64,000 nt of DNA from Cryomorphaceae bacterium (GTDB taxonomy: Bacteria > Bacteroidota > Bacteroidia > Flavobacteriales > Flavobacteriaceae). Under the pieces are notes generated by a model that ran no database searches, was not told where the DNA came from, and worked only from the letters and a program-made list of their open reading frames with translations. The position numbers and the translations under genes are program-made. Positions within the stretch are counted from its first letter, which is position 1; the number at the start of each line of letters is the position of its first letter. This document shows positions 47,784 to 57,163 of the stretch, piece after piece. The DNA is taken from positions 2,106 through 66,105 of the forward strand of contig JABGTW010000031.1 in the NCBI GenBank assembly GCA_018646865.1, in the 5' to 3' direction.

Positions 47784-49037
47784 ATGTCGTATTTATTTAC
47801 GTCCGAATCAGTTAGTGAAGGACACCCAGATAAGGTATCGGATCAAATTAGCGATGGTATATTAGACAATTTTTTAGCTTTTGACCCTAATAGTAAGGTG
47901 GCTTGTGAAACTCTTGTAACAACTGGACAAGTGATACTCTCAGGAGAGGTGTCTAGTTCTACTTACATTGATGTTCAAGATATTGCCAGAGATGTGATAA
48001 AGGACATAGGTTATAATAATGACCAATATAAATTTTCTGGGGAATCTTGCGCTGTTATGTCATTAATACATGAACAATCAGAAGATATTTTAAGAGGAGT
48101 AGAAAGAAATAAAAAAGAAGATCAAGGTGCTGGAGATCAAGGAATAATGTTTGGTTATGCGTGTAACGAAACTGATGACTCCATTCCATTAACTTTAGAT
48201 ATTGCCAATAGATTGTTATTAGAACTTTCAAATCTTAGGAAATCTAAAAAAATTCCATACTTAAGGCCAGACTCTAAGTCTCAAGTAACTGTTGAATATG
48301 ATGAAAATGATAATCCATTAAGGATTGATACAATAGTAGTTTCAACACAACATGATGAATTTGATAGTGATGATGAGAGAATGCTAGATAAAATTAGAAA
48401 AGATATAATTGAGGTTTTAATTCCAATCGTAAAGAATGGTTATTCTTCTGAAATTAAAAAATTATTTAATAAAAATATTAAATATCATATTAATCCTACT
48501 GGTAAATTTGTTATTGGAGGCCCTCATGGTGATACTGGTTTAACTGGGCGTAAAATAATAATAGACACATATGGGGGAAGAGGAGCTCATGGCGGAGGTG
48601 CTTTTAGCGGTAAAGATTCAAGTAAAGTAGATAGAAGTGCTGCATATGCTGCAAGACACATCTCTAAAAATTTAGTAAAGGCAGGAGTCTCTGACGAAAT
48701 ATTAATTCAAGTTGGATATGCTATAGGTGTTGCAGAACCAGTATCACTTAATGTAAACACTTGTGGGAAGTCTAAACTAAGTATTTCAGATTCAAAACTA
48801 TCGAAAATAGTCAACGAAATGTTTGACTTAAAACCTCATTCGATAGAATCAAGATTTAAATTAAGAGATCCTATTTATCTTGAAACAGCTTCATATGGAC
48901 ATATGGGCAGAAAATCTGAAAAAAAAACCAAAACATTTAACTCAAAATATTCTGGAGTTAAGAAAATTGAGGTTGAGCTTTTTCCTTGGGAAAAGTTAGA
49001 ATATGTTAACCAATTAATTAAAACACTTAAAACATGA
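47784..49037 (+). CDS. metK: S-adenosylmethionine synthetase
   Basis: True start is MSYLFTSESVSEGHPDKVSDQISD. The tracked TTG at 47703 is a leader read-through. GGPHGDTGLTGRKIIIDTYGG. Confidence 0.95.
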   Translation: MSYLFTSESVSEGHPDKVSDQISDGILDNFLAFDPNSKVACETLVTTGQVILSGEVSSSTYIDVQDIARDVIKDIGYNNDQYKFSGESCAVMSLIHEQSEDILRGVERNKKEDQGAGDQGIMFGYACNETDDSIPLTLDIANRLLLELSNLRKSKKIPYLRPDSKSQVTVEYDENDNPLRIDTIVVSTQHDEFDSDDERMLDKIRKDIIEVLIPIVKNGYSSEIKKLFNKNIKYHINPTGKFVIGGPHGDTGLTGRKIIIDTYGGRGAHGGGAFSGKDSSKVDRSAAYAARHISKNLVKAGVSDEILIQVGYAIGVAEPVSLNVNTCGKSKLSISDSKLSKIVNEMFDLKPHSIESRFKLRDPIYLETASYGHMGRKSEKKTKTFNSKYSGVKKIEVELFPWEKLEYVNQLIKTLKT

Positions 49038-50305
49038 ATCATAATGATCAAACCCTAGCATTACATGCTGGGCATAACACAACTAAAACTGAAGGAACTA
49101 GAGCAGTTCCTATATATCAAACAACATCATATGTTTTTGATAATACTGACCATGCAGCTAATTTATTTTCTTTGGCTGAACCTGGGTATATATATACAAG
49201 ATTAAATAATCCAACAGCAGATGTCCTTGAACAAAGATTAGCTTCTTTAGAAGGGGGTATTGCTGCAGTTGCAACTTCATCTGGATCAGCTGCACTAGCT
49301 ACAACTCTTTTGACACTTTTAAAAACAGGAGATCATATTGTTGCTTCAAATAGTTTATATGGGGGGACTTATAACTTGCTAAATGTTACTTTACCAAGAT
49401 ATGGTATTACAACTACTTTTGTTGATCCTGATGACATTGAAAATTTTTCAAAAGCAATCAATAAGAATACTAGAGTTGTCTATATAGAGAGTATAGGTAA
49501 TCCTAAACTTGATATTCTAGACATAGAATCTATTTCAAAAATTGCAAAAGCATCAAAACTTCCATTAATTGTTGATAACACTGTTGCTACGCCATATCTA
49601 TTAAAACCAATAAGTTATGGAGCAGATATAGTTATTCACTCTACAACAAAATATATTACTGGAAATGGAACTTCAATTGGAGGTGTAATAATTGATGCTG
49701 GAAACTTTGATTGGAGTAGTGGCCTATTTGATGAATTTACAGAACCATCTGCAGGATATCATGGATTAGTATATCATGAAGCACTAGGACCAGCTGCATT
49801 TATAGCTAAAGTCAGAATAGAGGGATTGAGAGATCTAGGTAGTGCTCCAAGTCCATTTAATTGTTTTCAAACTATTCAAGGTCTTGAAACTTTATCAATT
49901 AGAATAAAGAAACACTCTGAAAATGCATTAAAAATTGCGGAATGGCTTGAAAATCAAGATGAGGTAGCTTGGGTTAATTATCCAGGTTTAAAGTCTTCTA
50001 AATATCATAATTTATCAAAAAAATATTTAAAAGATGGGCAAAGTGGGATTGTTACTTTTGGTTTAAAAGGTGGTTTTGAGTCTGCTAAAAAATTAACTGA
50101 TAGTACAAAGATATTTTCATTACTAGCAAATTTTGGAGATTCAAAATCTTTAATAATTCATCCATCAAGTACTACTCATCAACAATTAAATGAGGAACAA
50201 CAAAAATCGACAGGTGCTACAGCAGATCTTGTGAGACTTAGTATTGGTCTTGAAGATCCTATTGATTTAATTAATGACCTTAAAGATGCTTTGGGCTCAA
50301 TATAA
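49034..50305 (+). CDS. metY: O-acetylhomoserine aminocarboxypropyltransferase (sulfhydrylase)
   Basis: 423 aa. Cys/Met-metabolism PLP enzyme with the Lys region HSTTKYITGNG. Confidence 0.9.
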   Translation: MNHNDQTLALHAGHNTTKTEGTRAVPIYQTTSYVFDNTDHAANLFSLAEPGYIYTRLNNPTADVLEQRLASLEGGIAAVATSSGSAALATTLLTLLKTGDHIVASNSLYGGTYNLLNVTLPRYGITTTFVDPDDIENFSKAINKNTRVVYIESIGNPKLDILDIESISKIAKASKLPLIVDNTVATPYLLKPISYGADIVIHSTTKYITGNGTSIGGVIIDAGNFDWSSGLFDEFTEPSAGYHGLVYHEALGPAAFIAKVRIEGLRDLGSAPSPFNCFQTIQGLETLSIRIKKHSENALKIAEWLENQDEVAWVNYPGLKSSKYHNLSKKYLKDGQSGIVTFGLKGGFESAKKLTDSTKIFSLLANFGDSKSLIIHPSSTTHQQLNEEQQKSTGATADLVRLSIGLEDPIDLINDLKDALGSI

Positions 50306-50307
50306 TA

Positions 50308-51270
50308 TTGGAAGAAGAATTAAAATATATACTACTAGAGAATTTTGAAACTTTATCTGGAACAAAGGTTAATAAGATTAATCTTAGCTACCAGGTCTTT
50401 GGAAAGAAATTAGGGAGTGCTCCAGTTATTCTTGTTAATCATGCATTAACTGGGAATTCTCTTGTTTCTGGAATAAATGGGTGGTGGAGTGAGATAATAG
50501 GAAATGAAAAACCAATTAATACAAATAAGTACTCAATTTTATGTTTTAATATTCCAGGTAATGGTTTCAATGAAAATAATTTTGATTATGACTTAGACTT
50601 TAATCTTGGTGATATAGCATTATTATTTATTAAAGCCATTGATGAGCTTAATCTTCCAAAGCTTCATGCCATTATTGGAGGTTCAATTGGAGGATGTTTA
50701 ACTTGGGAAATGATAGCATTAAAAAATGATTTAGCATCATTAATAATTCCAGTTGCTGCAGATTGGAAAGCAAATGATTGGCTTTTAGCAAATACTTTCC
50801 TTCAAGACAGAATCCTAAAAAACTCCAGAGACCCTGTAAGTGATGCTCGAATACATGCAATGACATTTTACAGAACTCCAAAATCTTTAAATACAAGATT
50901 TAGCAGAACAAAAAATTTAGATAAAAAAATGTTTAATGTAGAATCATGGCTTAGTCACCATGGTAAAAAACTTCGTCAAAGATTTAGTCTTGAATCATAT
51001 TTGTTTATGAATAAACTTTTGAGTTCCACTGACATTACTCGTGATGGTGAGAGTTTTGAAACTAAAATTTCTAAAATAACATCTTCAATTCATATAATAT
51101 CTGTCGATTCAGATATTTTCTTTTTACCTGAAGAGGACAATGAAACATATACTATAGCTAGAAAAAATAATATTAATATTAAGAATCATATTGTTAACTC
51201 TATTCATGGTCATGATTCTTTTTTGATTGAAACAAAACAAATTTCAGATATCTTTATAAAAATATTTTAA
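50308..51270 (+). CDS. metX: homoserine O-acetyltransferase
   Basis: 320 aa with a TTG start (uncertain). Alpha/beta hydrolase with GGSIGG nucleophile elbow and a C-terminal HGHDSFL. Confidence 0.8.
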   Translation: MEEELKYILLENFETLSGTKVNKINLSYQVFGKKLGSAPVILVNHALTGNSLVSGINGWWSEIIGNEKPINTNKYSILCFNIPGNGFNENNFDYDLDFNLGDIALLFIKAIDELNLPKLHAIIGGSIGGCLTWEMIALKNDLASLIIPVAADWKANDWLLANTFLQDRILKNSRDPVSDARIHAMTFYRTPKSLNTRFSRTKNLDKKMFNVESWLSHHGKKLRQRFSLESYLFMNKLLSSTDITRDGESFETKISKITSSIHIISVDSDIFFLPEEDNETYTIARKNNINIKNHIVNSIHGHDSFLIETKQISDIFIKIF

Positions 51271-51272
51271 AA

Positions 51273-51701
51273 ATGGCAGTTTACTTAGACAGAGTTAATG
51301 ACAAATATTTATTTGAGTTAACCAATAAAAATGGACATCAAGTTTTTCTAGACAGGAAATATTCTCCTGATTATAATGTTAAAGGAGTGAGTCCAATGGA
51401 GTTATTATTAATGGGTGTTGCAGGATGCAGTAGTATAGATATTATATCTATTTTAGAAAAACAAAAACTGAATCCTGTTTCATATAAAATGGAAGTTGAA
51501 GGAGAAAGAGAATCAATTCCTGGTGAACCCTATAAAAAAATTCATGTAAAGCTTTACATCGATGGTGATATTCCTGGTGAAAAGATAATTCGAGCAGCAG
51601 CATTAAGTTTTGATAAGTATTGCTCAGTTTCAAAGAATCTTGAGAAGTCTACTTCAATAGAGCATTCTATTTATCTAAATGGATCTATAATTAAAAAATA
51701 G
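51273..51701 (+). CDS. OsmC/Ohr family protein
   Basis: 142 aa. OsmC-type paired Cys (GVAGCSSIDI and KYCSVS). Confidence 0.8.
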   Translation: MAVYLDRVNDKYLFELTNKNGHQVFLDRKYSPDYNVKGVSPMELLLMGVAGCSSIDIISILEKQKLNPVSYKMEVEGERESIPGEPYKKIHVKLYIDGDIPGEKIIRAAALSFDKYCSVSKNLEKSTSIEHSIYLNGSIIKK

Positions 51702-51710
51702 ACTAAAAAA

Positions 51711-51741
51711 TTTGTTTTTATGTATACCTATTATACTTTTG
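51711..51741 (+). promoter_or_regulatory. Bacteroidota-type promoter (-33 TTTG, -7 TACTTTTG) for the aromatic amino-acid operon
   Basis: TTTG at 51711-14, a 19-nt spacer, then TACTTTTG at 51734-41. The leader ATG follows 7 nt later. Confidence 0.5.
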
Positions 51742-51748
51742 TTTAATA

Positions 51749-51811
51749 ATGACAAATAATTTTAATTTTTATTATAACTATTATTACTTCTTTAATCAGA
51801 AGAAAGGATAA
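51749..51811 (+). CDS. Phe/Tyr-rich leader peptide (20 aa) of the pheA operon
   Basis: ATG ACA AAT AAT TTT AAT TTT TAT TAT AAC TAT TAT TAC TTC TTT AAT CAG AAG AAA GGA TAA encodes MTNNFNFYYNYYYFFNQKKG. It has 4 Phe and 5 Tyr. It lies between the promoter and a terminator hairpin that abuts pheA. Confidence 0.6.
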   Translation: MTNNFNFYYNYYYFFNQKKG

Positions 51812-51840
51812 CTATGTTATAAAAAGAAATTAAATATACT

Positions 51841-51868
51841 AGTCCTGTCAAATCAGGACTTTTTTTTT
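51841..51868 (+). terminator. intrinsic terminator (attenuator) upstream of pheA
   Basis: AGTCCTG-tcaaat-CAGGACT gives a 7-bp perfect stem followed by T8. It ends 2 nt before the pheA ATG. Confidence 0.75.
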
Positions 51869-51870
51869 AT

Positions 51871-52683
51871 ATGAAAGTATCAATTCAAGGAATTAAAGGA
51901 TCATTTCACCATATGGTGGCAAATCATTATTTTGATTCATTTGAGTTAAATGAGTGTTTGACTTTTGAGAGCCTTGTTAAATCAGTAGTTAATAATGAAT
52001 CAGAGTATGGAATAATGGCTATAGAAAATTCAATTGCAGGTTCTATACTCCCTAACTATGCTCTTATAGATGAGTATAATCTTTCAATTATTGGAGAATA
52101 CAGTTTAAGTATAGATCATAATTTAATGTGTCTTCCAAATCAAAATATTACTGAAATTAAAGAAGTTCACTCTCATCCAATGGCGTTATTACAATGTTCT
52201 AAGTTCTTTAGTAATTACCCTCATATTAAATTAATTGAAACTGAGGATACCGCTTTATATGCTAAAAATATAAGAGATAATAAGATCAGTGGTGTAGGAG
52301 CAATTGCAAGTTTAGATGCATCTAAAATATATACTTTGCAAATTTTGGAATCTTCTATTCAAACTATCAAAAATAATAAAACGCGATTTGTAATTCTTGA
52401 AAAGAATAAAAATAATAAAATGGACTATGATAAAGCTGCTCTTAAATTTATTCTTGATCATAAAAGAGGAAGTTTAGCCACAGTATTGAATATGATGAGT
52501 GATTGTAGTTTAAATCTTACAAAGATTCAATCTTTACCAGTTATTCAAACTCCTGGCAAATATGCATTTTTTGTTGACATTACTTTCAAATCAATTGAAA
52601 ATTACCAAAAAGCAGTTAAAATTATTGAATTAATGGCTCAAGAATTTAAAATTCTAGGTGAGTATAAATATCAAAAATCATGA
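51871..52683 (+). CDS. pheA: prephenate dehydratase
   Basis: 270 aa. PDT domain (AIENSIAGSI, TRF) and a C-terminal ACT domain. Confidence 0.9.
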   Translation: MKVSIQGIKGSFHHMVANHYFDSFELNECLTFESLVKSVVNNESEYGIMAIENSIAGSILPNYALIDEYNLSIIGEYSLSIDHNLMCLPNQNITEIKEVHSHPMALLQCSKFFSNYPHIKLIETEDTALYAKNIRDNKISGVGAIASLDASKIYTLQILESSIQTIKNNKTRFVILEKNKNNKMDYDKAALKFILDHKRGSLATVLNMMSDCSLNLTKIQSLPVIQTPGKYAFFVDITFKSIENYQKAVKIIELMAQEFKILGEYKYQKS

Positions 52684-53528
52684 AAGTTGGTATAGTAGGT
52701 TTAGGTTTAATAGGTGGATCTGTTGCTTTAAAATTAAAGGAAGTAAATAATAATATTACTATTTATGGTTTTGATCAAAATAATCGTTCACTCGACTTTT
52801 CATTGAAAAATGAAATTATTGATAAAAAGTTTGATCCTGACTCATTATTAGACTTTGATTATTTATTTCTTGCAATACCAGTTGAATCAATTAAAAAACA
52901 ACTAAAAAGTATTCTAGATAAAATATCTGAAAAAACTTTAGTAATTGATTTAGGTTCAACAAAATATGAAATTTGTAACTCTATAAAAAATCATAATAAA
53001 AGAGAAAACTTTTTAGCAGCCCACCCTATAGCTGGTACAGAATTTTCAGGTCATGTTGCAGCAAAAAAAGATTTATTTGACAATAAGGTTATGATTTTGT
53101 GTGAAACTGAAAACACAAACTCTATTTTACTTTCAGGCGCAATTAAAATCTTTAAAACTTTAGGAATGAGTATTAAGACAATGGATTCAATAGATCATGA
53201 TAAACATATTGCCTATGTATCTCATTTGTCTCATATTTCATCTTTTATGTTAGGTAAAACAGTAATGGATAAAGAGGACAATGAACAGACAATTTATGAT
53301 ATGGCAGGAAGTGGGTTTGAATCAACTGTCAGATTAGCAAAAAGTTCTCCTGAAATGTGGTCTTCAATTTTTATTGAAAACAAAAAAAATATTATTGAAT
53401 CTCTTGAGGAATACATATTAAATATTAATAATTTTAAAAAGTTAATTGAAAGTAGTGATCAAGAGAATCTTAATGCTGAGATGAAAAAAATCAATGGAAT
53501 TAAAGGAATTTTAAAAGGAATTAACTAG
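52680..53528 (+). CDS. tyrA: prephenate dehydrogenase
   Basis: 282 aa. NAD fold VGIVGLGLIGGS and HPIAGTE. Confidence 0.85.
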   Translation: MKVGIVGLGLIGGSVALKLKEVNNNITIYGFDQNNRSLDFSLKNEIIDKKFDPDSLLDFDYLFLAIPVESIKKQLKSILDKISEKTLVIDLGSTKYEICNSIKNHNKRENFLAAHPIAGTEFSGHVAAKKDLFDNKVMILCETENTNSILLSGAIKIFKTLGMSIKTMDSIDHDKHIAYVSHLSHISSFMLGKTVMDKEDNEQTIYDMAGSGFESTVRLAKSSPEMWSSIFIENKKNIIESLEEYILNINNFKKLIESSDQENLNAEMKKINGIKGILKGIN

Positions 53529-53534
53529 AAAATT

Positions 53535-54617
53535 ATGGAAAATAAAAAAGAGTATAGGAATTGGCTTAATAAGATGAATTTGGATCATCCTCTTGTTATT
53601 GCTGGGCCATGTAGTGCGGAAACTGAAGAACAAGTTTTAAAAATTGCACATGAGTTAAAAGATACTGATGTAAGTGCGTATAGAGCTGGTATTTGGAAAC
53701 CAAGAACAAGACCAGGAATGTTTGAAGGAGTAGGTGCAATTGGATTGAAGTGGTTAGAAAAAGTAAAAAAAGAAACAGGCTTATTAATTGCAACAGAGGT
53801 TGCAAATTCTGTTCATGTTGATCTAGCACTAAAACATGATGTTGATATATTATGGATTGGAGCAAGATCAACTGTAAGTCCATTTATTGTTCAAGAAATT
53901 GCAGATGCATTAAAGGGAACAGACAAGACAGTTTTAATAAAAAATCCTGTTAATCCTGATTTATCTCTTTGGATGGGTGGTGTAGAAAGAATTTATAGTG
54001 CAGACATAAAGAATATTGGGGTTATTCATAGAGGTTTCTCTTCATATGATAAGTCTAAATATAGAAATAATCCTGAATGGCAAATTGCTGTTGAATTTCA
54101 AAATAATTTTCCAGATATTCCTCTGATATGTGATCCTTCTCACATAGCAGGTAAAAGAGATTTAATATATGATTTAAGCCAAACATCACTGGATCTAAAT
54201 TATGATGGTTTAATGATTGAATCTCATTGGGATCCTGACAATGCATGGAGTGATGCTGCACAACAGGTTACGCCTAAAAGTTTAATTCAAATAATGAAAG
54301 ATCTTAAAATAAGAGAGAAGACTTCTCAGGGAGAAGATTATCAAAATCAATTAAATAATTTGAGATCTCAAATTGATGTTGCAGATCAAAATTTATTGAC
54401 AACGCTAGGTAAAAGAATGAAAGTTGCAAAAAATATCGGGAAACTAAAGTCAGATAATAATGTCGCAATACTTCAAAATAAAAGATGGAATGAGATATTA
54501 GGTAAGATGATTTTAGATGGAGAAGACCATGGATTAAGTGAAGAATTTATACTAAGATTTTTTAAAGCAATACATCAAGAATCTATTAATAACCAAAAGA
54601 AAATTTTAAATAAATAA
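53535..54617 (+). CDS. bifunctional 3-deoxy-7-phosphoheptulonate synthase / chorismate mutase
   Basis: 360 aa. Type I-beta DAHP synthase core (AGPCSAE, WIGARS, CDPSH) fused to a C-terminal chorismate mutase type II helix bundle (LRSQID..D..LL..L..R). Confidence 0.9.
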   Translation: MENKKEYRNWLNKMNLDHPLVIAGPCSAETEEQVLKIAHELKDTDVSAYRAGIWKPRTRPGMFEGVGAIGLKWLEKVKKETGLLIATEVANSVHVDLALKHDVDILWIGARSTVSPFIVQEIADALKGTDKTVLIKNPVNPDLSLWMGGVERIYSADIKNIGVIHRGFSSYDKSKYRNNPEWQIAVEFQNNFPDIPLICDPSHIAGKRDLIYDLSQTSLDLNYDGLMIESHWDPDNAWSDAAQQVTPKSLIQIMKDLKIREKTSQGEDYQNQLNNLRSQIDVADQNLLTTLGKRMKVAKNIGKLKSDNNVAILQNKRWNEILGKMILDGEDHGLSEEFILRFFKAIHQESINNQKKILNK

Positions 54618-54625
54618 TCAAAAAA

Positions 54626-55807
54626 ATGTTATCAGATAAAATCAATTCATTACCAATTTCGCAAACTGTAGCAATGACTGCTAAAGCTCATGACTTAAAG
54701 AATCAAGGTGTAGACGTTATTACTTTAAGCGCAGGTGAACCTGACTTTAATATACCTGATTATATAAAGGAAGCAGCCATCGCGGCTATAAATGAAAATT
54801 ATCATAAATATTCTCCAGTTGATGGATTTTTAGATCTTAAAAAAGCAATTTGTAAAAAATTTAAAAGAGACAATAATCTTGATTATGAAACTGATCAAAT
54901 TGTTGTATCTACTGGAGCTAAACAATCTATTGCTAATGTATGTATGTCTCTTATAAATAAAGGTGATGAGGTAGTGATTCCAACTCCCTATTGGGTAAGT
55001 TATAGTGCTATGGTATCTCTTGCAGATGGAATACCAGTATTTGTTCATCCAGATGAGGATGCAAATTATAAAGTAACTGCAGAACAGCTTGAGTCTGCAA
55101 TTACTGAAAAAACAAAAATGATAATGCTTAATTCGCCGAATAACCCAAGTGGTTCGGTATTTAGTCAAGAAGAATATTTGGAATTCTCAAAAGTTTTACA
55201 AAAATACCCTGATGTAATTGTTGTATCAGACGAAATATACGAACATATAAATTATGGTTCTAAAAGTGTAAGTTTTGCAAGTCTACCTGGAATGTATGAA
55301 AGAACTGTAACTGTAAATGGAATATCTAAAGCATTTGCAATGACAGGTTGGAGAATAGGGTATCTAGCAGCTCCAAAATTTTTAGCAAAAGCATGCAATA
55401 AAATGCAGGGCCAAATTACAAGTGGTGCTAATTGTATTGCACAAAGAGCTGCAATTAAAGCATTGGAAGAATCTCCGGAAAGGATTAAATATATGGTTGA
55501 TGAATTTAAAATTAGAAGAGATTTAATAATTGATCTAGTCAATCAGATTAATGGATTTAAAATCAAGCATCCTCCATCTGGAGCATTCTATATTTTTCCA
55601 GAAATCTCAAATTTATTTGGAAAAACATTTAGTGGCCAAACTGTAAATACTGCAAATGATTTGTCAATGCTAATTTTAGAAAAAGCTCATGTTGCTACTG
55701 TCCCTGGTGACGCATTTGGTTATCCAAATTGCATAAGAATTTCATATTCAGCATCTAAAGAACAAATAGAGGAAGCGATAAGAAGAATTAAAGATCTTTT
55801 ATCTTGA
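54626..55807 (+). CDS. class I PLP-dependent (aspartate/aromatic) aminotransferase
   Basis: 393 aa. NSPNNPSG and SKAFAMTGWRIGY (PLP Lys). Confidence 0.9.
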   Translation: MLSDKINSLPISQTVAMTAKAHDLKNQGVDVITLSAGEPDFNIPDYIKEAAIAAINENYHKYSPVDGFLDLKKAICKKFKRDNNLDYETDQIVVSTGAKQSIANVCMSLINKGDEVVIPTPYWVSYSAMVSLADGIPVFVHPDEDANYKVTAEQLESAITEKTKMIMLNSPNNPSGSVFSQEEYLEFSKVLQKYPDVIVVSDEIYEHINYGSKSVSFASLPGMYERTVTVNGISKAFAMTGWRIGYLAAPKFLAKACNKMQGQITSGANCIAQRAAIKALEESPERIKYMVDEFKIRRDLIIDLVNQINGFKIKHPPSGAFYIFPEISNLFGKTFSGQTVNTANDLSMLILEKAHVATVPGDAFGYPNCIRISYSASKEQIEEAIRRIKDLLS

Positions 55808-56427
55808 ATGAAATAGAAAAATATTTTCCAAATTTATCTAAAGAACAAATAGAAAAACTTAATAAGTTAATACCCTTATATACTTATTGGAATTCAAAAG
55901 TGAATTTAATATCAAGAAGAGATATTGATAATTTATTTATCAACCATATTCTCCATTCTCTAGCAATTGTAAAAATCATTAATTTTGAAGATGGATCAAA
56001 TGTTCTTGATGTAGGAACTGGAGGTGGTTTTCCAGGTATTCCTTTATCTATTTTTTTTCCAAATGTCAATTTTACATTATTAGATAGTATAGGTAAAAAA
56101 ATCAAAGTTGTAGAATCAATATCTAATGATTTATCACTTAAAAATGTCAGAACAGTTAATGATAGAGTAGAAAATCATTTTGATAAATATGAATTTATAG
56201 TTTCAAGGGCTGTATCAAGAATGAATAAATTTTATTCTATGGTTAGTAAAAATATAAATTCAAAATCCTTGAATAAATTACCGAATGGGATTGTCTCTTT
56301 AAAAGGTGGAGATCTTGAAAATGAATTAAAAGAATTTAAAAATAATCAGATTTATGAAATCTCAGAATTCTTTTCTTACGACTTTTTTGAAACAAAAAAA
56401 ATTGTTTATATACCTTACTCAAATTAG
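55804..56427 (+). CDS. rsmG: 16S rRNA (guanine527-N7)-methyltransferase
   Basis: 207 aa. DVGTGGGFPGIPL SAM motif. GidB family. Confidence 0.9.
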   Translation: MNEIEKYFPNLSKEQIEKLNKLIPLYTYWNSKVNLISRRDIDNLFINHILHSLAIVKIINFEDGSNVLDVGTGGGFPGIPLSIFFPNVNFTLLDSIGKKIKVVESISNDLSLKNVRTVNDRVENHFDKYEFIVSRAVSRMNKFYSMVSKNINSKSLNKLPNGIVSLKGGDLENELKEFKNNQIYEISEFFSYDFFETKKIVYIPYSN

Positions 56428-56439
56428 ATATTAACACTG

Positions 56440-57159
56440 ATGAATTTCTCTAAACAAATTTTTATAGTTGTACTAATTATATTAACATTTGGCTGTAATT
56501 CTAAATCTAAAAATTTTGATAAAACATCAAAACCAAATCAAGATGCAAAGGTATTTGAAAAGAAAGAACTAAATCAGGCCCCCAAAAAAGAGAATGATAA
56601 ATTTACATTGACAGATGATAATGTAATTGATTTTTTATTTGAATATGAAAAAAATAATAAAGAAAATCATGTTAGAATTCATACAACATTCGGTAATATA
56701 GATATATTGCTTTACGCTAACACTCCTTATCACAGATCAAATTTTATTTACTTAACAAAAAAAAAATACTTTGATGGGACACAATTTTACAGAGTAATTA
56801 ATGATTTTGTAATCCAAGCAGGAAATAGTGATAATATAAAGGTTTCCAAAAAAAGAAAAGTGATTGGAAAATATCTTTTACCAAATGATTTTGACAAAGG
56901 CCATACGCACAAAAGAGGAATAGTTAGCATGCCAAGTAGTTCAGTAGATAATCCCTATAAAATGGCTTCTCCTTTTGAGTTTTTTATAGTACAAAAAAAA
57001 GATGGAGCTCATCACCTAGACGGAAATTATACAATTTTTGGAAAAGTAATAGATGGAATGGAAACAGTAGATAAAATAGCTAATTTACCAACCGATAATA
57101 GAGATTGGCCATTAAATAATGTTTACATAAATAAAGTTTTAATTATAAATGATAATTAA
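56440..57159 (+). CDS. cyclophilin-type peptidyl-prolyl isomerase, lipoprotein
   Basis: 239 aa. Lipobox LTFGC. FYRVINDFVIQAG and YTIFGKVIDGMETVDKI. Confidence 0.85.
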   Translation: MNFSKQIFIVVLIILTFGCNSKSKNFDKTSKPNQDAKVFEKKELNQAPKKENDKFTLTDDNVIDFLFEYEKNNKENHVRIHTTFGNIDILLYANTPYHRSNFIYLTKKKYFDGTQFYRVINDFVIQAGNSDNIKVSKKRKVIGKYLLPNDFDKGHTHKRGIVSMPSSSVDNPYKMASPFEFFIVQKKDGAHHLDGNYTIFGKVIDGMETVDKIANLPTDNRDWPLNNVYINKVLIINDN

Positions 57160-57163
57160 TTAT

